Origin: Lingula anatina
Taxonomy: Eukaryota; Animalia; Brachiopoda
Direction: 5' to 3'
DNA length: 64,000 nucleotides
NCBI GenBank assembly: GCA_051362555.1
Contig: CM120649.1
Location: 14,446,001-14,510,000, forward strand
Under the pieces are notes generated by a model. It worked only from the letters and a program-made list of their open reading frames with translations. It was not told the origin of the DNA and did not search any database. This document shows, piece by piece, positions 63,125-64,000 of this stretch; the first letter of the stretch is position 1; every line of letters starts with the position of its first letter. The translations under genes and the position numbers were made by a program.

Positions 63125-63125
<1 letters not shown>
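62958..63125. mobile_element. MITE of the same family as 47832-48006, inserted in a (GT)n microsatellite
   Basis: CAGGCCCGTAGCC...GGCTACGGGCTTG; interior is the reverse complement of the 47.8-kb copy. Confidence 0.85.
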
Positions 63126-63185
<60 letters not shown>

Positions 63186-64000
63186 GGGGGGGGTGGAGGG
63201 GCGGGGTACCATCTGTTTAGTCTGGCTGCCTAGTTCCATAGTAAGATTAGGATATAGTTCTGATTTTAGCTTCTTAGTGGTGTTAGCAGAGACAGTTTTC
63301 TAACTTTGCCTATCAAGGTTAAAATATAGCAAATACATAAAAGTTTCTAGATGGTCCAGATATCTGAAAGAATTGACTCACATGTTAAAATGCACCAGTT
63401 GTACTAGAATTCAGAGTATCTTGTCCCTTTCTAGTATTGAGCATGCTTGTGATTTTTATCGCATACACATCTGGTTCTTTCTGTGGCTAATGATGAGTTT
63501 GAACCTTTAAGTATTGGATGAGATTTTTTTTCACCAAATTCCACGTTTTCTGAGTCATTGGCATTTCATTAGCTTAAACAGTCAGTATCCAGTTATATGC
63601 CCTCTGTAATTTTGATTTTGGGAAAAAACTAAAAGTTTGAGAATATATATATGCAGCTTACTGAACCATATATATATTTTACATCTTGTATCTGATAATT
63701 TAACTTTAACTTAATGGAATAATTTGTTCATGAGATTTTGGTCTAGAAGGAAGCATAAGTAATCTAATAAAGTCCGTTCAAAACAGAGTACTACAGTGTC
63801 CAGTTGTATGAGAAACTTGTTCAATCACCAGCAAAAAAAGAAAAAGCCAAATTAAGAAAGAAAAGAAAAACCTGTTTTTTTCAACCAGTGGTTTATTTCA
63901 CACAGAAGACAAGGCACTCTCAGATGGAACAGATTTAATTTAATTTGTTTCCAGAGAGTGGTTCACTGATGTAGTAGACCTGAGAGGGCTTTTTCTTGTG

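Noticed and set aside
60772-64000. Further exons of the membrane protein gene
   Set aside because: No segment with convincing phase-1 splice sites and a hydrophobic open frame was found; the gene probably continues beyond the window.

Overview
AT-rich, intron-rich, microsatellite-rich animal genomic DNA; it looks like an invertebrate, possibly lophotrochozoan, but the taxon cannot be established from the sequence alone. Most of the window holds a minus-strand myosin VIIa (MYO7A/crinkled-type) gene. I traced 30 coding exons by hand, from an 18-nt MVILAK start exon at 35043 through the motor, IQ, charged-helix, MyTH4 and FERM regions to the left edge, with non-coding first exons near 45.7-46.1 kb. 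Head-to-head with it is a plus-strand multi-pass membrane protein gene resembling the gustatory-receptor-like (7TMIC, GrlHz-type) family (9 coding exons traced, 48896 to at least 60771, incomplete). Main points of interest: (1) several candidate alternative first exons in the myosin introns, including one next to a perfect RFX X-box that splices in frame to give a motor-less, tail-only myosin; (2) a 12-nt microexon in the motor domain; (3) two small convergent spliced transcription units nested in myosin intron 1, one with a hairpin-rich intron; (4) three separate duplications of a 3' splice site plus exon start, the most striking being six in-frame 84-bp copies that each encode a transmembrane helix; (5) an intron apparently shifted by 1 nt; (6) short elements with 5-bp target duplications and a perfect 111-bp palindrome. 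All isoform calls are inferences from splice signals and reading frame; no transcript evidence was available.
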